DNA from: Firmicutes bacterium UBA3572
GTDB lineage: Bacteria; Bacillota; Desulfotomaculia; Desulfotomaculales; Desulforudaceae
DNA length: 64,000 nucleotides
NCBI GenBank assembly: GCA_002375985.1
Contig: DFNH01000012.1
Span: forward strand, 2,618 to 66,617
Direction: 5' to 3'
Below the pieces are notes generated by a model. The model was given only the letters and a program-made list of their open reading frames with translations. It had not been told where the DNA came from and did not search any database. This document shows, piece by piece, positions 56,602-64,000 of this stretch. A program made the position numbers and the translations under genes. Within the stretch, counting starts at the first letter, position 1, and each line of letters starts with the position of its first letter.

Positions 56602-57762
56602 TTATCGCGGACTCGGAGCCATCACCCGGCCGAGACCGGCTACCATACCGGCAAACAGCAATAGTAATAAGCCGGTGGCCGAAAAACCGGCCCCGTAGCC
56701 TGCCAGGGCAATTACGCTCCCAAAGGCAAAAGATCCCAAGGTGATGCCAACGTCGATACCGTTCTCAAAAAGGCCCAGTGAAGCAGCCCGCAGTTCCCGT
56801 CCGGCCTCGTCAACCACCCAAGCCACCAGGACGGTAAGCGTGGCTGAATAGGCCACCCCCGTGGCCATGCCGGCCAGAACAAGGGCCGCACCGGGCGCGA
56901 GCAGGTTCAGGTACCCGATGCCGGCGCCGAAAAGTAAAAGCCCCGGCACCAACACGGCCTTGCGTCCCACCGTATCGGACAGGCGCCCGGCGATAACCCC
57001 GGCCGTGAGACCGCTCAGCGCAAAAACGGTGAAGAACAAGCCGAAGTTGCCGATCCCGATCTCCACAGCATACAGGGGCAAAAAGGTGAGCAACACCCCG
57101 TAGGCCAGACCACAGGCCGTGGTCGAGGCAAAGAGCACCTGCAGCGGCCGGACGTTAAGTGCCGCCCGGATACCGGAAAAGGCCGGCGCATCCACCCGCA
57201 CATAAGCCCGTTCCCGAATGGCCAGCAGGGGGGTCATGCCGACCAGCCCGAAGACGCCGAGCCCGAAAAACAGTACCTGAAAACCGTACCCGTCAATTAT
57301 GAAGCTCGCCGCCGGCGGACCGGTGACCAGAGCGGTGATGATCACCAGGCGCATCAGGCCCAGGGCGGTGCCGCGCCGTTCCTGCGGGCTTAGGTCGGCA
57401 ATGAGCGTGTTGGCGGCCAGCGGGTAAAGCGCAAGGCCCAGCCCCTGCAGCACGCGGACCAGGGTCAGGAAGACCAGCGAACCGGTGGCCAGAATAAGGA
57501 GCGGCGCCACAACCAGAGCTGCCCCGCTCAGGAGCAGACAAAACCGCCGTCCATACCGGTCCACCCAGGGAACCAGGAGAAACCGGAAGAACACCGCCGA
57601 CCCCGCCAGCAAAGTGTTCTGCCACGCCGCCGCCCACGCGCTCCCCCCCAGTTCCAGAACGTACAGCGGCACGGCAATAAACGCCATGTGCAGGTTGGTA
57701 AACACCGCGAAGGAACCCAAAAACAAAAAAGTTAAACCGGGATCCAGCCATTTTACCCTCAA
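56602..57762 (-). CDS. MFS transporter
   Basis: 12-TM pattern with VDRYGRR motif between TM2 and TM3. Confidence 0.8.
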   Translation of the reverse strand: MRVKWLDPGLTFLFLGSFAVFTNLHMAFIAVPLYVLELGGSAWAAAWQNTLLAGSAVFFRFLLVPWVDRYGRRFCLLLSGAALVVAPLLILATGSLVFLTLVRVLQGLGLALYPLAANTLIADLSPQERRGTALGLMRLVIITALVTGPPAASFIIDGYGFQVLFFGLGVFGLVGMTPLLAIRERAYVRVDAPAFSGIRAALNVRPLQVLFASTTACGLAYGVLLTFLPLYAVEIGIGNFGLFFTVFALSGLTAGVIAGRLSDTVGRKAVLVPGLLLFGAGIGYLNLLAPGAALVLAGMATGVAYSATLTVLVAWVVDEAGRELRAASLGLFENGIDVGITLGSFAFGSVIALAGYGAGFSATGLLLLLFAGMVAGLGRVMAPSPR

Positions 57763-57790
57763 ACTGCTTGCGCCTCCGCTTTGCCGCTTC

Positions 57791-58993
57791 CTACAGTTCC
57801 TTTAAGGAAGTAAAATCGTCAATACTCTCCAGCAGCACCCCGGTCACATCCGGATCCAGGGCACCCGCTTGCACCTGCCGCCGGATGATTTCCGCCACCC
57901 GTACCCGATCCATCCCCGGCCGGTAGGGGCGATCTTCGGTCAGAGCGGCAAAAACATCGGCTACCGCCACCACCCGGCAACCCAGGTCCAGACCGGCCGC
58001 CCCGATGCCGAAGGGGTAACCGGCGCCGTCCAGTCTCTCGTGGTGGTAAGCGGCCCACTCCCGGATCTTTTCGAAACCGTCGATGGGACGGAGGATATGG
58101 TAGGTATAGTAGGTGTGCCGTTTGATAATGTTATACTCGGCCGGGCTCAGTTTCCCGGGTTTTTCCAGGATCCCCTCGGGTACGCTCAACTTTCCCAGGT
58201 CGTGCAGCAGCGCCGCCACCCTCATCTCCAGCAGCTCCTCCCCCGACAAACCGCAGCGCGCCGCCAGTTCCACCGCCACCCGGGTAACCAGGTTCGAATG
58301 GCGGTGGGTGAAGATACTCTTGGCGTCGATCACCCGGGCGAAAAGGCCGGCGACCCCGGGCAATTCCTCCGGCGCGATCCGGACGTTGAGCAGATCTCCC
58401 GCCTGTTCTTGCAGCAGGGCGGGCAAATCGCCCGCTTCCAGGTCCAACCAGAAACTTTCCGGCACGGATACGTCGCCCAATACCTCGACCAGCACCGGGT
58501 CGAACACCCGCCCGCCCAGGGCGCGCAATCTCCCCAGGATTCCATCCCGGCGGGCCAGGATGTCCCCCGCGCCGTCTCCCATGGCGACCACCAGCCGGTC
58601 GGCCAGGTGAATGATCCTGGCGTCCAGCGGAATCCCATCCCGCCGGAACCCGCTGGGGTTTGGGCCGTCCCAGCGGTCGTGGTGGGTGGCGAGCACCTCC
58701 CCGAGGAAGGCGAACTGGGGAACGTCGGCCAGAAAACGACGCCCCCGGTCGCAGTGCTCAAACGGTTCGCCCACCTCGAACTTGGACAGCGCCACTTTTT
58801 CGCCCGTGGTCACCGCCCCGACGTCGTGCAGCAGGGCCGCGCAGCAAAGCCGCCGCAAGTCTTTGCCGTCCATTCCCAGCCCCCGCCCAATGGCCAACAC
58901 CACGTACGCCACCTGGTGATGATGGTTGGCCAGTCCGCGGTAGGTAAAGTCCAGGGCCGTGGACAGCGAAAAAAGCAGCTTGCCCAGGTTCAA
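57791..58993 (-). CDS. HD-GYP domain protein with a degenerate N-terminal HD domain
   Basis: ALLHDLGK...HHERLDGAGYPFG in the C-terminal half. LLHDVGAV...HHDRWDG in the N-terminal half. Confidence 0.85.
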   Translation of the reverse strand: MNLGKLLFSLSTALDFTYRGLANHHHQVAYVVLAIGRGLGMDGKDLRRLCCAALLHDVGAVTTGEKVALSKFEVGEPFEHCDRGRRFLADVPQFAFLGEVLATHHDRWDGPNPSGFRRDGIPLDARIIHLADRLVVAMGDGAGDILARRDGILGRLRALGGRVFDPVLVEVLGDVSVPESFWLDLEAGDLPALLQEQAGDLLNVRIAPEELPGVAGLFARVIDAKSIFTHRHSNLVTRVAVELAARCGLSGEELLEMRVAALLHDLGKLSVPEGILEKPGKLSPAEYNIIKRHTYYTYHILRPIDGFEKIREWAAYHHERLDGAGYPFGIGAAGLDLGCRVVAVADVFAALTEDRPYRPGMDRVRVAEIIRRQVQAGALDPDVTGVLLESIDDFTSLKEL

Positions 58994-59164
58994 ACCGGCG
59001 GCCGAAACCCAGTGTTTCCCATGGTCTCCCCCCCTCAGGATAATTCGATGTTACTTCCATTCCACAAGCAGGAGTCGAATTCCTGGCTGCGGTGTCGATA
59101 TCCTGCCGGCTTCCGGTCTCGGACTGCCCTAAGCTTGGGAGTTCCCCGGTAGCGACGAGGGATG

Positions 59165-60295
59165 TCAACGGCGGCGGAGAATGAACCGGATCTTATCCTG
59201 TTCGTGCACGATATCCGCAATGGTCATAAACTGGAACCGGTCGCCCAGGGAAAAGGACCCCTGGCGCCGTTCGGAAAGGAAGGGCAACGTCGCCGCCTCG
59301 AGCTCCAGGCCGTCAACCACGACGGTATCCGCGCGGAAAACCACTTTCTCGCCCCCGGACACGGGCACGAGACGCCCGGTGACAAAGAATCGTTCCTGCC
59401 CCTGCCGGTCAACACCGGCCACCGTAATCCCTCCGGTATCCACCCTGACCCGCAGGTTGCCGTCCGCATCTGGGGCCGTGCGGTGCAGGGCGCGGTTGAC
59501 AGTGGCGGCGCTCACCTCGACCACCACGTTCCGCCCCTGAAAATAGAGCCGGTCGGGTTGGACATCACGGAGCATGGTGATGTCCAGCCGGGACAGCAGG
59601 TTTCGCAGGGGAACCTGAAACTGCTGCCACTGTTGTTCCAGGTCGGCCAGCCGTTCGGCCAGGTCCGCGGAACGCAGGCGGACACCCTCCAGAAATTCGG
59701 CCCGCCGCTGCCGCACCCGTTCCAATTCCGCCAGCCGAGACCGGATCGCCATCTCGGCGCTGCGGGCCTCAGCATCCAGGAATTCGATCTGGTCTAACCG
59801 TTCCCGGATCGCGGCGTTCAACGCCTGTAACTCGGTGGTGAGCCCGTACTCGTATTCAACCAGCAGCCGGACGAAATCCAGGCGCAGCAGAAAATCACCC
59901 GCGCTGTCGGCCTGCAGCAGCAGACCGACCAGGGGCAGACGGCCGTTTTCGTAAAGGTGGCGCAGCCAGACGCCGAGGCGTTCCTGCGTTTCCTCCAGGC
60001 GGGCCCTGGTTTCGGCCAGCTTTTGGGCCTCTTCCTCCCGGGAAACCGCCAAATCGGCCAGCCGCCGTTCCAGCCGCTCGCGTTCCTCCTGCAAATCCAG
60101 GGTCTGCAGGTGCAAGGCCAAAAGCTCGGCGGCCAGCTCCCGCTCCAGCGCCTGCAGCTCCGCCGGACCCAGCCGGTCCAGATCGGAGACGGCGGCCGCG
60201 GCCGACAGGCTCCAGCCCAAAACACCCGCCATCAGACAGGCCAGCAAGGTTCCCAAGAACAGATACCAGAGTGGCTTCCTTAGCACCGTGCTCAC
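59165..60295 (-). CDS. membrane-anchored coiled-coil protein, unknown C-terminal domain
   Basis: Signal-anchor, ~200 aa of E/R/L heptads resembling the coiled-coil stalk of EnvC/M23 activators, then a ~130-aa beta-rich domain. No peptidase motif. Confidence 0.6.
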   Translation of the reverse strand: MSTVLRKPLWYLFLGTLLACLMAGVLGWSLSAAAAVSDLDRLGPAELQALERELAAELLALHLQTLDLQEERERLERRLADLAVSREEEAQKLAETRARLEETQERLGVWLRHLYENGRLPLVGLLLQADSAGDFLLRLDFVRLLVEYEYGLTTELQALNAAIRERLDQIEFLDAEARSAEMAIRSRLAELERVRQRRAEFLEGVRLRSADLAERLADLEQQWQQFQVPLRNLLSRLDITMLRDVQPDRLYFQGRNVVVEVSAATVNRALHRTAPDADGNLRVRVDTGGITVAGVDRQGQERFFVTGRLVPVSGGEKVVFRADTVVVDGLELEAATLPFLSERRQGSFSLGDRFQFMTIADIVHEQDKIRFILRRR

Positions 60296-60434
60296 ACTCC
60301 CAACCGCAACAAAGCGCCCGTACCGTGCTAGTATATTTAGTCACGGACCCAAACAATCCTATCAGTGGCGGGGAGAAAATGACGTCACCGTGATCTGCTG
60401 TGAGAACGGGCAAGGCACTTGAAGGGCAAACGCC

Positions 60435-60863
60435 CATGTCACCCTTGACGGGTGACACCATCAGAGGGTGAAAATGGGCCAGTCAGGAATTCGCCGATAT
60501 GAATTCCTACCGGTAATCCGACGACTGACGACCAACGACTGACGACCATTTTCAGGGCAGGTTTACTCCAACCGATCCTCTGGCCTATGATTGTCACCGG
60601 AAGTTATCTGACCCGTATGTGTTCTGGCTCAGAGCCTCCTAGCCCTTTACGGCCTCGACATCATCCAGGGCCCAGATCAACCCGAGTCCAAATAGTACAC
60701 TGGCCAATACGCCTAAATGGCGGCCCTGAAAACAGACTTTCGCGGCAACATCCGCACACGTTGGCGGCGCTCCCTTCGCGGCTCAAAAGCGCCGTGCAAA
60801 GACACGCTCCGGAAATAGACCAATTTTCATCACTCTGCTGGTGTCACCCGTCAGGGTGACATG
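60435..60863. mobile_element. MITE-like element, 429 bp, ~47-nt terminal inverted repeats
   Basis: Left end is CATGTCACCCTTGACGGGTGACACCATCAGAGGGTGAAAATGGG. Reverse complement of the right end is CATGTCACCCTGACGGGTGACACCAGCAGAGTGATGAAAATTGG. Each tip is itself a GTCACCC/GGGTGAC hairpin. No convincing ORF inside. Confidence 0.75.
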
Positions 60864-61070
60864 AGGGATCTGCTGAGAAAAACCTTTCGCTAACGAGGAG
60901 TGTTGGCATCGGACAGCATCTCGACAAGTAAAGGCAGCTTTGCCGGGCACGTAGAAGGGAAGTAATTTCCAGACATGTCTGCGCACTCACGTAGAATTTT
61001 GCGCACCATTGCCACGGCCAGGAAATCTCTTTCCGCCAATTCATCGGCGCAACAGACATGCCCGGCGTAC

Positions 61071-61100
61071 AAAAAAGACCGGAAATAACCGCCGGTCTTC
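61071..61100 (-). terminator. fdhD intrinsic terminator
   Basis: Minus strand GACCGG-CGGTTATTT-CCGGTC followed by TTTTTT, 28 nt after the stop. Confidence 0.8.
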
Positions 61101-61127
61101 CAAGGGGCAACTACCTGTTCGGCGCAT

Positions 61128-61961
61128 TCACTGAACGGGAGTCTCAAACCGGATCCGCTCCGCCCCGCTGTACACGTTCAAACGCTTGCCCCGGGCGAAA
61201 CCGACCAGGGTGAGGCCCAGCTCCCGGGCCAGATCCACGGCCAACGAGGTGGGCGCCGAACGGGAAACCAGGATGGGCACCCCCATCCGGGCCACCTTGA
61301 ACACTACCTCGGAAGAAACACGACCACTGGTGACCAGGATCTTATCAGCGGTCGGCCAACCCTGCAGCAGGCACTCCCCGAAAAGCTTGTCCACGGCGTT
61401 GTGCCGGCCGATGTCCTCGCAAAAACACACCAGCCGGTCCCCCTGCGCCAGGCCGGCACTGTGCACCCCACCGGTGGCGCGGAAAACCGCCGAGCGCCGC
61501 TGAAAATCACGGGCGATCGCCGCCAGCGCGGCCGCCGGCGCGGTCAAGTCCGAAGCGATCCATTCCAGGGTTTCAGTGTTGGTCTTGTAAAAAGCAGCGC
61601 CCTGCCCGCAACCGGAGGTAATCACCCGCCGGAAAGCGCTCTCCGGGTCGGCATCACCGCCGCGCCGGGAAGTCACCCGGACCACACCGTTAGCCTCGTC
61701 CAGGACCACTTCCTCCAGGTCGGCCGCTTCACGGATGATGCCCTCGGCGGCCAGAAAACCCACCGCCAGGCTCTTGAGCCGGTCAGGCGTGCACTGGAGG
61801 GTCACGAGCTCCCGGCCGTTATAAACAATGGTCAGCGGAAACTCCACCGCCACCTCGTCGTGCAGCATCCGGGTTCCTGACTCTTCGTCCCACCGCGTAA
61901 CCAGGGTTCCTCGCTTCACCGGCGCCCCCAACTCCTCACCGAGATTCCATCCTGCAATCAC
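61128..61961 (-). CDS. fdhD: formate dehydrogenase accessory sulfurtransferase FdhD
   Basis: FdhD family length and blocks (EFPLTIVYNG, SGCGQG, GGVHSA, VSRSAPTSLAV). Confidence 0.85.
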   Translation of the reverse strand: MIAGWNLGEELGAPVKRGTLVTRWDEESGTRMLHDEVAVEFPLTIVYNGRELVTLQCTPDRLKSLAVGFLAAEGIIREAADLEEVVLDEANGVVRVTSRRGGDADPESAFRRVITSGCGQGAAFYKTNTETLEWIASDLTAPAAALAAIARDFQRRSAVFRATGGVHSAGLAQGDRLVCFCEDIGRHNAVDKLFGECLLQGWPTADKILVTSGRVSSEVVFKVARMGVPILVSRSAPTSLAVDLARELGLTLVGFARGKRLNVYSGAERIRFETPVQ

Positions 61962-62058
61962 TATCGTTTCTTACCCCTGGATTTTAACAGCCTGTACCCA
62001 AAAGGGCAAGTATAGCGGCAGGGAGCCTCGTTTGAGGCTCCCTGCTTTCATATTTCGT

Positions 62059-62883
62059 CTATTTTTTATCTGCCTCTTCCTGTTCTGCTTCAGCTTCAGC
62101 CTCATCTTCGGTTTCCTCTTCAGCTCCGGCTTCCGCTTCGTCACCGGCATCGGCCTTGGGAAGGATGATCACCAGGGCCGGGTTGGCAAGGAACCTTACC
62201 TCACAGTTCATCGCCTCACTCACAAAACGGGCCGGTACCAGAACACGCCCATTGGAAACCTTGGCCGGAACGTCCAGTTGCACTTCGGTGCCATTGACCA
62301 GGGCCACCCTATCGTTCACGACCAGGACAACCACCTGACCGTTTAGTTCGAAGGTAACCGTCTTGGTTTCCGGGTCCCAATCGAATGAAACACCGATGCT
62401 CTCGCCGAGCGCCCGCAGCGGTAACACGGTCCGGCCCTTGAAAATCTGCGGTTCAACTTCGGATTCCAGCTCCCGCCCCCTGACGAAAACCCGGAGCGCC
62501 TCGTCGCCCATCTCTGCCCGTAGAGCGTTCAGCCGCGCGTACGACTGCATGTCCCCGGGAGAGCACTCCAGCGACTCACAGATCCGGATGAGTTCCTGGC
62601 AGACCCGTTCGTTGAACTGGTGCCGGAACTGGTGCTGCTCCAGTTTCGCCCAGGCCACCAGCAGGCCCTTGAGGCTAGGGTGGTAAACGTGTTTCGCTAC
62701 CGTATCGTTTTCCACGCCTCCGTCTTCTTCAACTTCCACGTCCGCCGCCGGTCCCAGGTCTTTTTTCGCCAGGCCGGGCGGCTCAAAGGAACCCTCCGCA
62801 AACGGCTGCACGAATACCGGCCCGCCCAAACACCCCAGGGCAAACAGGCAGACCACCAACGAGACCAAAATTTTCCTCCGCAT
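62059..62883 (-). CDS. lipoprotein with copper-amine-oxidase N-terminal-like (stalk) domain and acidic tail
   Basis: Lipobox LFALGC. VLPLRALGESIGVSFDWDPETKTVTF...NGRVLVPARFVSEAM. C-terminal D/E/A-rich tail. Confidence 0.75.
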   Translation of the reverse strand: MRRKILVSLVVCLFALGCLGGPVFVQPFAEGSFEPPGLAKKDLGPAADVEVEEDGGVENDTVAKHVYHPSLKGLLVAWAKLEQHQFRHQFNERVCQELIRICESLECSPGDMQSYARLNALRAEMGDEALRVFVRGRELESEVEPQIFKGRTVLPLRALGESIGVSFDWDPETKTVTFELNGQVVVLVVNDRVALVNGTEVQLDVPAKVSNGRVLVPARFVSEAMNCEVRFLANPALVIILPKADAGDEAEAGAEEETEDEAEAEAEQEEADKK

Positions 62884-62906
62884 CCTAATCCCCTCCTACA
62901 AGTTAA

Positions 62907-64000
62907 TTAATCTGAATGATTGTTCAACAACCGGAGCTTAGACCGCTCACCCCCTTCCGGTCCTGTTACCCGGTTTTTCGGAGCGGGTTTTGCCGGAACG
63001 CCGTCCGGGCCGGCTGCAGGTCCGCCGCCCGGAGATCCCCCGGTAAACGGCGGCCGGATACCGTTCCCCTTTGTGGGGGTAACCGGTTCCTTCCTCAACT
63101 TTTCTCCCCAAGCCGGCCCCGGTTCAGGGCTTATTTCGGCAGGCGGTTCCGGCAGCGCAGGCGGTGCGGGTGTTTCCGGCCGCCCTCCGGGATTACCTCC
63201 GGCGCCTTTCGGCACCGCGCCGGGCCTCCCCGGAAGCACTTCCGGCCGGGCGGCGCCGGATTCGTCATCGGGTTCCTTCTCCCGGCCCGCCCGGGCGCGC
63301 ATGGTAGCTACGGCCGCCACTTCCGCACCGAAGTCACGGCCCCGCGCAGCCAGGGCCTCCCGAAGCCCGCCGCTCCGTACCGCCTCGGGTGCAATGCCAA
63401 GACCCTGGTGGCGGGCTCGCTCCCAGACTATGTAGTGCGCGGTGGACACCGCCATCTCCCGGGCCCTTTCCCGGGCTTCGGGCGTACATTCCAGCATGAA
63501 GAGCTCGGTCTGTCCCTCAGCGCCGTCCAACTCCTGCCGGGCGGATTCAAAGAGCCCGCTCTGCAACCGGACAACCCTTTCCTCATCCTTTTCTTCCAGA
63601 ACCGTGGTGGTCATCACCAGTTGCCCGCCCCCGGTTCCCAGGTAACCTTTTTCCCGAAAAGCGCGTACCAGGGCGGCGACCGCCTCGCTCGCCGGCAATG
63701 TTTCCAGGTCAAGGGTTTCCATGATCGCCGCCCCGTCCGCGTTCAGCGCCCGGACTTCGATCACCGTCAGGCCGTGATCCAGGGCCAGTTCGACCGCAGG
63801 GTTGACTTCCACGCTTACGTAGGCATACACCGGAGGCGTGTCGGCGGCAAAACGCGGCAGGGCAAAGACCCCGATCAACAACAGCACGCCGAAAGCCGCG
63901 GCCATCACCAGCAGGCGGGCCGGACGGCGGCGTTCCACAAGGTCGGCCGCTTCGAATGAGACTTCCTGCCCCACGTTCATTCCCGGCTTTTTCCGAATCT
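62907..64000 (-). CDS. RsgI-like anti-sigma factor (N-terminus probably beyond window end)
   Basis: The frame stays open upstream of ATG 63980 to the window edge (IRKKPGMNVGQEVSF resembles the end of an RsgI_N domain). TM LLVMAAAFGVLLLIGVF, extracytoplasmic domain and a long Pro/Gly-rich tail. Confidence 0.65.
   Translation of the reverse strand, partial: IRKKPGMNVGQEVSFEAADLVERRRPARLLVMAAAFGVLLLIGVFALPRFAADTPPVYAYVSVEVNPAVELALDHGLTVIEVRALNADGAAIMETLDLETLPASEAVAALVRAFREKGYLGTGGGQLVMTTTVLEEKDEERVVRLQSGLFESARQELDGAEGQTELFMLECTPEARERAREMAVSTAHYIVWERARHQGLGIAPEAVRSGGLREALAARGRDFGAEVAAVATMRARAGREKEPDDESGAARPEVLPGRPGAVPKGAGGNPGGRPETPAPPALPEPPAEISPEPGPAWGEKLRKEPVTPTKGNGIRPPFTGGSPGGGPAAGPDGVPAKPAPKNRVTGPEGGERSKLRLLNNHSD

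Noticed and set aside
60844-61147. ORFs 60890-61147 and 60844-61110 (-) downstream of fdhD.
   Set aside because: Both run straight through the strong fdhD terminator hairpin and lack an RBS. At most, a short remnant (…ADELAERDFLAVAMVRKILRECADMSGNYFPSTCPAKLPLLVEML) of an older gene may be present.

Overview
This 64 kb window comes from a high-GC, Gram-positive, spore-forming anaerobe. The lineage is an inference from gene content: CotF and SpoIIP sporulation genes, an SLH-anchored protease, rubrerythrin, class III ribonucleotide reductase, and a CIRCE-controlled groESL. It looks Peptococcaceae/Desulfotomaculum-like.

Most of the window is core chromosome:
- opuA osmoprotectant importer behind a c-di-AMP riboswitch, two cotF-like genes, ktrB, rubrerythrin, spoIIP
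- a 1200-aa S8 protease with SLH domains
- nrdDG behind a cobalamin riboswitch, fetAB-like ABC exporter, ldh, tRNA-Ala
- DEDDh exonuclease, CDF transporter, cysK, groESL
- thiL-tsaE-tsaB-rimI ... tsaD, and thiE-thiC behind a TPP riboswitch
- a large nitrogen-assimilation cluster: ANTAR regulator, two glnA paralogs, and a three-gene split glutamate synthase
- pabBC, an MFS transporter, an HD-GYP protein, fdhD, and an RsgI-like anti-sigma factor

I found no CRISPR array, no rRNA and no recognisable phage-defence system, and I cannot point to a convincing wholly novel multi-gene system.

The observations most worth follow-up are:
1. A conserved ~48-nt element carrying paired DnaA-box 9-mers, present three times (37.1, 41.8 and 47.0 kb).
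2. An imuB-like / small ORF / dnaE2-like cassette that interrupts the otherwise conserved tsaEB-rimI-tsaD block.
3. A decayed tRNA-Ala-linked island with integrase, IS1634-like and IS21-like fragments, a truncated LysR gene, and a selD pseudogene that still carries its Sec UGA and a SECIS-like hairpin.
4. Three unrelated families of non-coding repeats. One is a MITE-like family that brackets a two-gene orphan cassette next to groEL. Another is a separate 429-bp MITE.

All calls were made by eye from the sequence and the ORF track. No search or covariance model was run.
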